From the NCBI GenBank assembly GCA_964016885.1, contig OZ024753.1, positions 620,001 through 684,000 of the forward strand: a DNA stretch of 64,000 nt. The letters are read 5' to 3'. The translations under genes were made by a program, and so were the position numbers. The notes under the pieces were generated by a model that made no database searches, had not been told where the DNA came from, and saw only the letters and a program-made list of their open reading frames with translations. Positions 48,406-63,557 of the stretch are shown here, one piece after another. Position 1 is the stretch's first letter. The number at the start of each line of letters is the position of its first letter. Source of the DNA: Eledone cirrhosa. Lineage: Eukaryota.

Positions 48406-51400
48406 CTACAGACACACAGAAAAAAAAATGAAAATAATAATGATAAGATAATAATAATTATTTCGACTTTTGGCACAAGGCCAGCAATTATCCCAGTGTA
48501 TTACTGGTACTTTATTTTATCGACCCCGTGAGGATGAAAGGCAAAGTTAACCTCGGCGGGATTTGAACTCAGACTGTAAAGGGACGTAACTATGCTAGAA
48601 AGCATGGAGTCTGACCCTCTACCGATACTGCCAATTCACTGCCCTATATAGATAATAATAATGATTTCTAATTTAGGCCCACAGCCAGTTATGTTGACCT
48701 CAGTACTTTACTGGTATTTTATTTTACCAAACCCAGAAGGATGTAAGGCAAAGCTGGCCTCCGAAGGATTGGAACTCAGAATGTAAAGTATTTGTATCTA
48801 CTGTCCTAATGAAACACTAACAGTTAAGATAACAATAGAAAACAATAACAAATATCAATGAGAGAGCGTTCCTCAATAGGTGGGGACTACACTTTAGGCT
48901 AATTCCAAAGAAAAACCCACACAAAACCCTGTTACATCATGGGCATTGAAAGAGTTCTTTCCTCTGGTTAAGAAAAACAATAGACCCAATAATAATGGTT
49001 TCTGATTTAGGCACAAGGCCAGTAATTTAGGGAGAGGGGAAAAGTCGATTAAATCAACCCAGTGCTTTATTTTATCAACGCTGTAAGGATGAAAGGCAAA
49101 GCTAACCTCGGCGAGATTTGAACTCAGAACGTAAAGGGCTGTAACTCTAATAGACCCAATAATAATTGTTACCTGGCCAGCAATTTGGGGAGAGAGGTAA
49201 ATCGATTAAATTGACCCCAATACTTACTGGTACTTTATTTTATCGACCCTATAAGGGTGAAAAGCAAAGATAGCCTCGGCAGGATTAGAACTCAGAATAT
49301 AAATGGCTGTAACTATATGGCAAAGCATGTTGTCAGACGCTCTACCAATACTGCTGATCCACTGCCCTAATAGACCCAGTAATGGCAAGATATGATGGGT
49401 AAAAAGAAATATACTATTAAGCCATATAAACAGGTGCACAGACAATATGATATGGAGAAGAAAGACAATAAAGAGAGGAAAGAGTTAACAGAATGAAATG
49501 ACTACATGAAATAGAGAAGTGGCTATTGAATGGTGTGAAACACTACCTGATAATGAACTCACCTGAATCCAGATATCAGAACATCAACAAGAGAAAGGTG
49601 GGGAGAGAGAGAGTGAGACAGAAACAGGGGACAGCAGGGAGAGAGAGAGACAGAGAAAGAAATAGAGAGAGAGAGTGATGAGAGAGAGAGAGAGAGAAGG
49701 GAGAAGGGGGAGAGAGAGAGAGAGAGAAGGGAGAAGGGGGAGAGAGAGAGAGAAGGGAGAAGAGAGAGAGAAGGGAGAAGAGAGAGAGAGAGAAGGGAGA
49801 AGGGGGAGAGAGAGGGAGGGGAGAGAGAGAGAAGGGAGAAGGGGGAGAGAGAGGGAGGGGAGAGAGAGAGAAGGGAGAAGGGGGAGAGAGAGAAGGAATG
49901 CGCAAAGAAAGAGACGAGTATAGAAGAGTGGGAGAGGAGGAAGATGCAAAAAGAGAAAGATAGACAACAGGTGAGAATGCAGGTATAAAGAGAAAGTAGG
50001 TGGAGATTTAGAATGCAATAGGAGAGAGAGAGAGAAGTTTTAAAGAAGAGAGGGTGAGAGAGAATTTGTGTGTGTGGTGGATGATGAGGGGAGAGGAATA
50101 TTGGTAAATTTCCAAAAATAACAGTCAGAGAACCATGAAGAACGATATTGTTGAAAGTTAGAACATTCACCTTCTCTAAATTTCTAGCTAGAAAATGATT
50201 TAATGGAACTTGGAAAATGAATAACTAAATAAAACGATAGCTTATGTGCATCAGGTGCATTTTATTATGTCACCAGCAGTAAGGAGGTTGACACACCTGA
50301 ATTATAGTGGCTGAAACCAGCAATGTAAGAAACACACATATACACACATATTTAATAAGCATTAATTCTTTATCATTTATATTACTCTATATTTACTATT
50401 ATATTTTCACAGTTAAAATCTATGATATTTTGATATTATTTATTTTGAGAATAATACCTTAACATCAGTATGAGTGGCTGCTTAGAGCAGGTTTGAACAG
50501 AAAGCTGCAAGAGAATTCTGGCTGGATATGGCTGGTTTAAATGCTAAAGGGTTAAATGTGTGCATAAGTGTGTGTGTGCAAATATAATATACAATATATA
50601 AGCCGAGAAATATGACAAAAAAAAAAAAATCATAAAATGGGGAGTCGGCTTATATTTGAGGTCAATATTTTGACGATTTTCACCAACTTCAAATTCTACA
50701 TATCTAAGGTGCTAAATATCTCGATTGGATATTTTACAATTAAACACTGATTTTCTACATTTACTACAATGTCATGAATGTTATTTGTGCATTCCCATGA
50801 AAATATTTCCAAGTTTTTATAATTTGAACTTTTCAATACATAAATACCACATACACATTCATGCAGGCCAACTGTTTTTCTCTGACTTCATATTTTTTTT
50901 CTTTCAATCTTACAGAAGAAAAATTATACTTCTGACGTGTTTTATTGCTCTCACTCACTCTCCTTTCTCACTCTTGTCCTCTCCTTTTCTTGCTCTGCCT
51001 CTCCCCCACTATCTTTCCCTTTTTAACTACTCCCAGCATGTGAATGGTCAGAAGTAAATGAAAATTCAAGAAACTAGTCGAAACTTATAAAATGAATGAA
51101 ATGGAGTTTCAAAACAAAAACTATTTTCCAAATGACACTTAAAACCTATCTGAGAGGTCAGTAGCTAAGAATTAAGTGCTGACTTGATCTATGACAGTTA
51201 ATTCAATGATGATGCTGTTGGTGATAATGATAACACATTATTAAATAAATATTATTGAGTCATGTTTTCTACATTTCATTTCCCCATTTTAACCCATTTG
51301 ACATGTGTGTGGAGGAGTGGAGCTAGTTCTATGATACAGAACTGTATATTTTAAAATGTTTATATTTATTTTAAAACTTGCCATCATAATTCCATATAAG

Positions 51401-54400
51401 AACATCTGTTAAGTTATACTCCCAACCTCAGCTTAATAATGAGAAAATTACTTATATTACCAAATTCCACTAAATTCTTAATTATTTTTCAAAAATATTT
51501 CAAAACCATAGAAAGTGTCTTTCATTAGAAATATGATAACAACAGGTTAAATAAATAATACTGAATAATATTTTCAACATTTTGTTTTTTCATTTTAATG
51601 TCAGAATAAAAGTGAAATATGGTGAAGACAACAAGCAACCCAGAATTTAATGATTCATATCCTGTCAATGATGCATTGCAGTGTCTATGGCCAAACACAG
51701 TTTTCTATGGTCAAGGCCACCAGACTGCAAATGTAAGAATAGCAGGCTAATATATAACTCACTCACTTTAACTCTTAACATCCTGTAAGGAGTTATAAGA
51801 AAATATCTAAAAACAGACTTGTTAATTCAAATGTATCTTTACTAATGGACAGATTGTTATGAAAATTTGCAGTATTAGAGTGAAAACTAGTTTTTAATAT
51901 GATGCAGTTTTAGTGCAGTCTTGTAATTTTTTTAAAACTGCCTTGCTAATGCAGTGGCAGAAATGAGTTATACTTGTAACTGAAAGGGCCAGCCTGGTCA
52001 CCCACAGTGTCATACTGAATTGTCCTAAGAACTACACTAACCCTTTAACATTTACATCACTCTATATATACTATTGTATTTTCACAGTAAAGGCTTTATC
52101 TCATATAATATTGAATCTATGAGATTTAGATATTATTTATTTTGAGAACAATACCTTAACATCACTATGAATGGCCAGTTACGGCCAGTTTAAACAAAGA
52201 GGTGAGAGAATTCTGGCCGGATATGGCCGGTTTAAATGCTAAAGGGTTAAGAGTACATGTATCTACAGAATACTCAACCTCCTGTACATTAATTCCATGA
52301 GCAGGCTACTCTATTGATCACACAACTTGAATACACATTGTTGGACCCGAGAGAGATTGAACACACACACACCCATGCCCACTACTAGTGTTCTTTGTAA
52401 TCCTATTTCCTATATGGTGCATTATAGTTCTTTAAACGCACCCTCATGAAATTAATGTGCAAGTGGCTGATCATTCTACAGACATATGTATCCTTAATGT
52501 AGTTCTCAGGGAGATTCAGAGTGACGGCATGTAACAAAGCTGCTTCTTTGAATGACAAATAAATATGATTTTTACTAAGTAAGTTGACTGGAACAATATG
52601 CAAGAAAGTATCTTGCTCAAGAACACAATGTGCCTCTGGGAATCAAACTCACAGCCTTATGTTTGTGAGTTAAACACCCAACACACTAAACCATGTACCT
52701 ACATATGAGGTTATACAATTCTGACTTGACCTCTCCACTGAATTAGTCAGCCACTTGGTGAAAGTGTCCAGAACGTCATTTTGTTTCTGTTTATGACTAA
52801 TTTAAACTAATGAAGTGATCTCTTCCGATTTTGATTCAGCCAGAAATATTAATTGTCAGAAGAGGTGTTTTTACAGTAGAAGGCTTTTCTTGGATGAAGC
52901 AGTGAACCATGAAGTAATAAGTGCTACATCCATTGATTTCACCAATGCAAACAGCAGATGATAAAATATAGAGTGATGCAAATACTTACAAAGACAAGAA
53001 ACCCATAAACTAAAGCTGATAATTACACAATAGCAGTCCTAATTTACATTAATTCTACTATTTCATTTATATGTGTTCTTTATTCAATATATTTGAGTCT
53101 CAGAAGATCCTGTAATAGGGTGAAAGCAGTGATTCTTTGCTTAAATTAAATCTGTACTAAAGCAACCAGCCCACACTGTAAAGTGGTCAGGTAAGTGTCA
53201 CAACAAAAAGCACCCAGTCTGTAAATGTAGTTGTCATTAGGAAGGTCATGCAGCCATAGAAACCAACCCAGAAACAGTTCTGTATGAGCGAGACATGGTC
53301 ACCTGACTGAACTTGCATCAAATGGGACAACCCATCTAACCCATGCTAGCATGGAAAAAATGGACGTTAAATGATGATGATGATGATGATATATATACAC
53401 ACACACACACTATATCAAGTGTAAACCTAATAACATATTTCTTCATTGTACTGTATCATTTGCTTTGTTATTTCTGTTTTCCTTTTGCATACATACATAT
53501 ATATATATACACACATGTGTGTGTGCGGGTGTCTATATATATACACACGTGTGTGTGTGCGGGTGTCTATATATATATACACATGTGTGTGTGCGGGTGT
53601 CTATATATATACACACGTGTGTGTGTGCGGGTGTCTATATATATATATATACACACATGTGTGTGTGCGAGTGTCTATATATATTGTTTACCTTCCAAAG
53701 TGTGGCATCAGTCTGTCATAATTTGATGATAGTGTACTTTGTTACCTCTCTCACAGAAATAGTCAAAAGTGTAAAATATCAAATATCTACAACAATGACA
53801 ACAACAAAATGCATAGATTATTGCTAAATTTATCTATAATACTCAGAACATAAAAAATAATGATAATCTTGGCACTGTATTGGAAGGTGAGGATGTCTTA
53901 TATTCTTGAATAAGATCAATAATAATGATTTCTATTATAGGCACAAGGCCAGCAATTTGGAGGGAGGGGAAAGTCAATGAAATCAACCCCAGTGCATTAC
54001 TGGTGCTTTATTTATCGACCCTGTAAGGATGAAAGGCAAAGCTAACATCGACAGGATTTGAACTGAGAATGTAAAGAACTACAACTCTATGCCGTGAAGC
54101 ATGGTATTCGATGCTCTACTAATACTGCCAATCCTACTTTTGGCATGAGGCCAGCAATTTGAAGGGAAGGGGAAAGTCAATTATATCATCCCTATTGCAT
54201 TACCGGTACTTTATTTTATCGACCCTTTAAGGATGAAAGGTAAAGCTAACCTTGGCAGGATTATTTGCAACAAAGGCTTGCACATAGATTACAGTAAACA
54301 TGATAAACATAGGGGTTTAGAGTATATGAAGGGCTGAACAGACAGTGAAATATAAAGACAATTGTAGTGGTAAGGACATTTACAATGGACAGATTAATTT

Positions 54401-55399
54401 GATAAAATATGAAGTAAGTATAAAATTATTATGAAAAAAACAATAAACACAAGATATGACATAAAATAGAAGCCACAAGGATACAAGACATTGCAGTCAA
54501 TACAAAGATGAGAAATATAATAATAATAATAATTGTATGGATTCATGCTATATGATGACAATAAGTTACTGAAAATAAATTATGATGGTGGTGAGAATGA
54601 CATTGATGACAGGAATAGCAAATGTAAATACAGTGAAATTCTGTTGTAACAACATTTTTTTTACAACAAAAAATTCTTTATAACAAGATTGACCGAAACA
54701 CATTGAGTGTGTTGCCAGGGATGGAAAAAAAATTTTGTTATAAAAATTCGTTATAACGGAATTATACCTGTAATAATTCCTCTGTTGTAAACATTTTTTT
54801 TTTTAGATTTTCTCAAAAGGAGAAATTTTAATAAAATAATATAGAATAAATTAAATAAATATATGCTTAATTTTTAGATTTTTTTTTTCCCCAGCTAATA
54901 GGACTAAATTTAGTTAATCATTAATTAATTAATATTTTTTGAGACATAATAGTCACAAAAAAAAAAAATACCGGAAGACAATGAAGAAAGTTTGACATTT
55001 CCATTTCCATACAAAAAAAAAAAAATAACTTACATTTTTTTTTTTAAAGAATATTTATTTAAAAGGAAGATGTTTCTAATTTAATGCCTTTCAAAAAATT
55101 AGGGAATTTTAAAAATTTAAGATTAAATGCAAATAGTAATAGTAATAGTAATAATAATTGTTTCTACGTTAGGCACAAGGCCAGCAATTACTCAGTACAT
55201 TACTGGTACTTTATTTTATCGACCCCCGTATGGATGAAAGGAAAAGTTAACCTCGGCGGGATTTGAACTCAGACCGTAAAGGGACGAAACTATGCTGCAA
55301 AGCATGGCGTCTGACCCTCTACCGATACTGCCAATTCATAATAATAACAATAATAATTTCTAATTTGGGCACAAGGCCAACAATAATAATAATAACAAT

Positions 55400-55554
55400 G
55401 TAAATGGTAGTAGTAATAGTAGTAGTAGTAGTGAGCAGTAGTAATAGTAGTAGTAGTAGTGAGCAGTAGTAATAGTAGTAGTAGTGAGCAGTAGTAGTAG
55501 TGAGCAGTAGTAGTAGTGAGCAGTAGTAGTAGTAGTAGTGAGCAGTAGTAGTAG

Positions 55555-55587
<33 letters not shown>

Positions 55588-55950
55588 AGTAGTAGTAGTA
55601 GTAGTAGTGAGTAGTAGTAGTGAGCAGCAGTAGTAGTAGCAGTAGTAGTAGTAATGAGTAGTGAGCAGTAGTAGTAGCAGTAGTAGTAGTAGTAGTAGTG
55701 AGTAGTAGTAGTAGTGAGCAGTAGTAGTAGTGAGTAGTAGTAGTAGTAGTAGTGAGCAGCAGTAGTAGTAGTAATGAGTAGTGAGCAGTAGTAGTAGCAG
55801 TAGTAGTAGTGAGTAGTAGTAGTAGTGAGCAGTAGTAGTAGTGAGTAGTAGTAGTAGTAGTAGTGAGCAGCAGTAGTAGTAGTAATGAGTAGTGAGCAGT
55901 AGTAGTAGTAGTAGTAGTAGTAGTGAGCAGTAGTAGTAGTAGCAGTAGTA
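55400..55950. repeat. (AGT)n microsatellite with GTGAGC/AGC interruptions
   Basis: Direct inspection. Confidence 0.95.
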
Positions 55951-58900
55951 GGAATAAACATACAATAATTAGTGCCTAATTATTTCTGGAGTCAATAAAG
56001 CAAATGGTATTAAAAGAAGAGAAGATAGAATTTAGAAAGGAAAAAGGTTAGGGTTGGGATAAAGAAGAATCACAACAATGAGAGAGCTGAAAAGAGAGAG
56101 GAAGAAAGTGAAAGAAAATCTTGTTAAATGTTAGCAAAAGAAGAAATAATAGCAAAGATTTAGCATTAGTTATTTATTTAGTTTAATTGCCACCACATAC
56201 ATTATACACAATTATAACCTGTAACACCCTACATTGACTTAGTAAAAAATAACTTAAAGTGTTTTTTGTTGATTGAAATGTTTATAGATTATTGTCAAAA
56301 TTTGCTGTATCAAAATAAAGCAGATATATTTTATTAATATTTTAATTTTTTTAATATTAAAATCTTATGGGAAAATAAAATCTTCTGGGTTTTACCTCCT
56401 CAATTGTTATTTAACTCTCTAGCATTTACAGTTTGTTTTAAATGTTTATTTTCTTAGTTTCTGTTATAAATTTTATTTTACACAGAAAAAACCCCACACT
56501 GTGCCGTCTTTAATGTTTCCTTAATGTAAGCCCTGTGTGGCTAATAAAGAAATTATTATATATACTATTGTATTTTCACAGTGAAGGCTTTAACTCACAT
56601 AATATCGAATCTATGAGATTTTGATATTTATTTTGAGAACAATACCTTAACATCAGCATGAGTAGCCAATTATGGTTGGTTTGATCAAAAAGAGGTGATA
56701 GAATTCTGGCTGGATACAGCCAGTTTAAAAGTTTAAATGCTAAAGGGTTAAGAACTATTAGAAAAGTAACTAATAAATCTTAATGTGTGTATCTGAATGA
56801 ATCTATATATGTATGTCCGTCCGGTATTATATGTAAAGATGAATACTAACCTTTAAGTTCAAAGAGTAAAAAGAGCACATAAATATGTTTAATCCTTTTG
56901 ATATCAAACCACCAGAAACCACCCTTGGTGCCATGATACTATGTTGTTTCTTTTAAAAACATTCCACCATAATTTTATTTAAGAACTTTTGTTATGTTTC
57001 AAACACAATCTTAATAATGAGAAAGATATTTGAGTAAATCCCTTCAAATTTCTGGTTATTTTCAAAATTATTTAAAAATCATAGGCAGTGCCTTTCATCA
57101 AAAGGGATTGAAGAACAGCTTGTTAACAAGAAAGTGGAGTATAACCTTTTAGCATTTACATTACTCTTCATATACTATTGTATTTTTGTGGTAAAAGCTT
57201 TACCTCACATAATTATCTCGCATAATATTGAATCTATGAGATTTTGATATTTATTTTTAGAATAATACCTTAACATCAGTATGAGCAGCCAGTTATGGCT
57301 GGTTTGAATAGAAAGAGGTGAAAGAATTCTAGCCGGATATGGCCGGTATAAATGCTAAAGGGTTAAGGAATCGACAGCAGCTAAGGGAGAGAGAAGGAAT
57401 GTAAAAACACAGACTAAGACTGCATATTAGATAGAAAGAAGACAAAGAAGCGGGACACAGACAGGTTTTGAGAATTGGGATATAAACAAGATCCCATAGG
57501 CAAAACATTGACAGGATCTAAGAAGCAAAACAGACAGGATCCAAAAAGCAAACTGGGTAGGGGACCAATTTCAGGAGACAAAGCCCTAAAACATAGACAA
57601 AACTAGTACTGAGAATTAAAAACAGTATTTGTTGCTGGTAGAGTGGACAACAGAATAAGAATACATATAATTTCTTTAACTCTTTTGATATCAACCTGAC
57701 TAAAAATTAATATGCTAATAAATTAAAAACTTATTTTACTAAATCTCTCAAAATTCTTGATTATTTAAAAATTTATTCGAAACACATGTAGTGTTATTTC
57801 ATTAAATTAATTGCGATAGGTATTTGATTACCCACTAACTCTTGATACTAATACAGCCAAAACTGGCTCTGGTTCTATTAAATTGTTCGAAATTAAAATT
57901 AAAATCTCCCAACAATTTTATATAAGAAGCATATGTTAAGTTACTATCTTAGTAATGAAATATTTCTAATTTTAGTAAGTCTGAAAACTTTTCATTAATT
58001 AATGGAAACAGTATATTTCATTAGAAATACAGTTATGAAAGGATTAAGAATGTTATAGAACTTTAAAATTCTTATGAAACAAAATTAAAACACCAAAAGA
58101 AGTCATCATCAAGCAGTAAAGATATCTCACTGAGCAAAGAATTGGTACATAATGGTAAAAATTCCCTTTGAAAACACAAGAGTCATTTCAAGCAATACTC
58201 AATAGAGCATAATGGGGTGAATTGTTAAAGTCCCCAATATATGCTGTAAATTGGTTGGCATTAGGAAGGGCAACCAGCTGTAGAAGACCAAATCAAAAAA
58301 CAGAGCTGGAGGCAGTCACATGATCTGTCTAGCCTAATAATGTGACAGCCCATTTAACCCATGCAAGCATAGAAAATAGACCAGTGATGATGATGATGAT
58401 GACTGATGTGAGTATAGCATACAAATTTAGAAATAGAACTTATTATTCACACCATTTCTTGGTTGGTAGTAAGTGTAAAAAGATATTCAAAATTTCGAAG
58501 AAAAACAATTTAATTCTGGTATTTAATGTTTTTTATTGTCTTTTTCCCTTTCTGTTCAATCATGCAGAGAAATAGAAATCATCAGAGTTATAGAAATCTT
58601 AAATAGTTGAACATATTCTACAGATATCTAGTAATCTACAAAAATTTCTTTGGGAAAACAAAGCTATATTCTACTTTAATGAAGATTTATTAAAAATCAT
58701 GCTTAAATGAATAAGTTAATCAGGCATTTGAAAATATTTTATTTCGAAACCAATACTTGAGTGAATTTTATTTACATAAATTATCAAAACATTAGCAATT
58801 TGCAGAAAGTATTCAGAGAAAAACCAAACAAAAACTAAAGACAATGCTTACTCTTGTTATTACCTGCTACAATGTCCCAAGTGTCTTAGCTAAGCTTTAA

Positions 58901-59152
58901 AATTACTGGAGGTTGTTTGTTTGTTTTTTTTCTCTGGGTACTTTCAGCAATTTGTTAATCTTTTAATAACTCAAGTATAGGAATCACCATTTCCAATAAA
59001 CATTATTCTAAGCTAAAAAGGGTTTGTATACATTTCTACATTTCTTTTCTAATTAGGCAAAACACAAAGGTTGCTAATAGGTCTTCTAAATTGTTCAATG
59101 AACAAAGGGTTTAATTTTATCGATGTAGTGTTATATAAAAAACTATAGAAAT

Positions 59153-59204
<52 letters not shown>

Positions 59205-59304
59205 GAGAAGGAATAAACAGTTCAATAGAGCTTGCCAAAACACCAATGAGGAAGAGAAGGAATTTATACAATGCAGAAGACAACACTGTTAGAAGGGCAG
59301 GCAG

Positions 59305-60151
59305 ATATACATACATACATACATACATACACATATATACATACATATATATATATACATATATATACATACATATATATATACATACATATATATATAC
59401 ATATATACATATATACATACATATATACATACATATATACATACATATATACATATATACATACATATATACATATATATATACATATATATATACATAC
59501 ATATATACACATATATATATACATACATATATACACATATATACATACATATATATATATACACATATATACATACATATATATATACACATATATACAT
59601 ACATATATATATACACATATATACATACATATATATATATATACATATATACATATATATATATATATACATATATACATACATATATATATATATACAT
59701 ATATACATACATATATATATATATACATATATACATACATATATATATATATACATATATACATACATATATATATATATACATATATACATACATATAT
59801 ATATATATACATATATACATACATATATATATATATACATATATACATACATATATATATATATACATATATACATACATATACATATATATACATATAT
59901 ACATACATATATACATACATATATATATACATATATATATACATACATACATACATACATATATATATACATACATATATATATACATACATATATATAT
60001 ACATATATATATACATACATATATATATACATATATATATACATATATATATACATATATATATACATACATATATATATACATATATATATACATACAT
60101 ATATACATATATATATACATACATATATATATACATATATATATACATACA

Positions 60152-60185
<34 letters not shown>

Positions 60186-60723
60186 CATACATATATATAT
60201 ACATATATATATACATATATATATACATATATATATACATATATATATACATATATATATACATATATATATACATATATATATACATATATATATACAT
60301 ATATATATACATATATATATACATATATATATACATATATATATACATATATATATACATATATATATACATATATACATACATATATATATACATATAT
60401 ACATACATACATATATACATATATACATACATATATATATACATATATACATACATATATATATACATATATACATACATATATATATACATATATACAT
60501 ACATATATATATACATATATACATACATATATATATACATATATACATACATATATATATACATATATATATACATACATATATATATACATATATACAT
60601 ACATATATACATACATATATACATATATACATACATATATATATACATATATATATATACATACATATATATATATACATATATATATATATACATACAT
60701 ATATATATATATACATACATATA

Positions 60724-60755
<32 letters not shown>

Positions 60756-60848
60756 CATATATATATACATACATACATATATATATACATACATACATAT
60801 ATATATACATACATACATATATATATACATACATATATATATACATAC

Positions 60849-60881
<33 letters not shown>

Positions 60882-60926
60882 CATACATATATATATATAT
60901 ACATACATATATATATATATACATAC

Positions 60927-60993
<67 letters not shown>

Positions 60994-61275
60994 CATATAT
61001 ACATACATATATACACATATATACATACATATATACACATATATACATACATACATATATACATACATATATATACATATATATATATATATACATATAT
61101 ATATACACACATACACATATATATACACACATACACATATATATACACACATACACATATATATACACACACATATACATATATATATACACACACACAC
61201 ATTATATATATACACACACACATTATATACATATATATATATATATACACACACACATTATATATATATATATGT
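59305..61275. repeat. ~2-kb (TA)/(TACA) compound microsatellite
   Basis: Direct inspection. Source of the 600-700 aa IY-rich ORFs. Confidence 0.98.
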
Positions 61276-61400
61276 GAATATATTAATAGACCCATAACAG
61301 GGTAGTAGAAGAGAGCCAGGAAGAGAGAAGAGGAGTCAAGCTGACTGACAAGGCTCAAAATTCACAAGTTTTTTTTTTCTTTTTTCCTTTTTATACTCAC

Positions 61401-61451
61401 TTGCATTGTCATGGATGACTTTGTCATTTTTCTTTGCAGAAACTATAAGTT
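61401..61451 (-). CDS. Candidate 51-nt exon: phase-1 insert xLIVSAKKNDKVIHDNA, or start exon MTKSSMTMQ
   Basis: tttcatattttag|AACTT...TGCAA|gtgagt. Good splice sites, no homology recognised. Confidence 0.5.
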
Positions 61452-62639
61452 CTAAAATATGAAATAAAACATTTAGATATGTCTTTCACTAAAGACTATG
61501 GATGGTCAATATCCAAAGTGTTTAAAACATTGGGCTAAGAAAATGATTTTAAAAATAGTCCCCACAATCGAAATAAAATAGTTGAAAAAATCTGATAAAG
61601 TACTCATGGAGACTGAAAAAATTGGACAGAGCCATTGTGTGAAATCAAAAAGCATATCTCAGGCTTAAATCTTCTAAAAAAAGGCTATTAGCAGCTACAA
61701 ACTCTTTGGCATATTGTTGAAATGCCCTTACCTATCACATGATGAGAGATATGTGGTTTGATTTCCCCACAGGCATCTATATCCACTTTTTTTTCCTCTT
61801 TGAAAGTACTTTACCAGATTTTTTCAGTTATATAGTGATTAACTATAAAGTTGAAAAACACTCGCTTGAGAGGGGTTTTCTTCTCTGAAGACCTTCTGCT
61901 GTGCAGTTCTCCTGAGAGTTTCTTACCACTATATCAACTGATATTATAGGATGACTATATTTTAAAATTTCAAATTTCCCAATGCTTTGTAAATCAACCG
62001 CATGTTGAAAATAAAATTTAAAAGTCAATATTTTACAATTCAAGGGCTCCTGTGTTAACTGAAAATAAAGGCTGTGGAAAATGAAAGTAAAATTATGAAA
62101 ACTACAATGAAGAAATTGATAAATTGATATCAATACTTTCAAATAAGCAAACAAAGATATGTTTTTGAATCATTGGATTCATTATATATATATATAGATG
62201 TTAGAGTTAAGAAGTGTACTTTGTAGACATGAAACTTTTGATACCAACCTGGCCCAAACTATGAAATAAAACTCTTTATTTTCAAGGGTTCCTATTTAAA
62301 TTTAAATCTTATAAAAAAAATTTATTTAAGAGTAGTATGCCATCTTAGTAAAAAAATTAATAATTTTAGAAAGTCTCTCGAAATTCTTCATTGTTAAATG
62401 AAATACAATGTATATTAGAAATATGGTCAGAAACGGGTTAACACATTATTGTAGTTTTGCCAAATTTGCTTTCATTTTCCCTGTACCAATAACAAGGAAT
62501 TACAAAAATAAAACGCAATAATTAATAATGATTAGATGAAATTAATAACATGAAATAATTCTGGGTTACAAGGAATATTATTAAACAGTGTGTAACAGAG
62601 AGTACTGATTTTGAAATAAAAGAAAGTAAATTTGAAATA

Positions 62640-62930
62640 GTAAAGAGCATTTTACAGATTAAAAAAAAAATCCAGTTGAAGCATGGAACAAAATACCTGC
62701 ATCTGTTGATAGCTGTTGGGAAACTGAAGCCTTCAAAACTTCCATGCTTCCCAAAATTCGCCAACACTACACCTGATATTTCCTTGCATGCATGTATTTA
62801 TGTGTATATCATGACTCATACACTGTTCACTTTCCTGACATTCGTACATTATTCTATGTACGAATATATGCATATTTGATGAGTTGTAGTACACCTGAGC
62901 ACTGTACATCATTTTCCATTATTATATTAA
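62640..62930 (+). mobile_element. CR1/L2-like LINE 3' end (second copy inverted at ~21720-21975)
   Basis: AWNKIPASV..FKTSML..RQHYT* plus a UTR ending gagttgtagtacacctgagcactgtac. Two copies in opposite orientation. Confidence 0.65.
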
Positions 62931-63522
62931 TTCAGCAGTACTCCTAAGAAGTTGTACCTCATAGGAGGTTTCTTGGGTGTTTTAATGATATGGGCCCTAC
63001 TGCTATCATGTTGCTGTTGTAAGAGCTCACATTTATGCAGGTTTAGCTGGCCTCATATGAGGTTGTATTTCTTAGAGGATTTTTGTTGTTGCTGTTTTAA
63101 TGGTAGGAATCACAATCCTATCAATATTTTGCATGTTGTAGTTAAAGCTCACACATATTCCACTTTAGATGGTGTCCTGTGAGGTTGTATCTTTGTGTAT
63201 TTATTTTCCATTTATTTTGCTTTAATTCAAATCATCATTTATCTCATCATGAAAAGTAATATGACATGAAATATACTACTCAAGAACACAATGTGCAGCT
63301 CAAAGCAAGGAATCAAACTTCTGACCTTAAGATCATGAGACAAACGCTTTAACCACTAAGCCACAGTACTAGAATAGTGTAAATAAATAAATAAAAAGCT
63401 GGAGTAGATAGCCAATGGATAGACAGAAAATATTTTTTTTATTAATGGAGGTGAAGAACATCTAGTGTTGTCATCCTATCAAATCATCCGGTCAATTATG
63501 TAATATGTGATTTATTGTTTTT

Positions 63523-63557
<35 letters not shown>

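Noticed and set aside
59143-61358. 640-700-aa I/Y/H/M-rich ORFs on both strands
   Set aside because: Translations of a TA/TACA microsatellite. The same applies to ORFs at 5908, 24625, 30371-30806, 36458-36936, 37502-37959, 42804, 49559-50170, 53343-53827 and 55290-55965.
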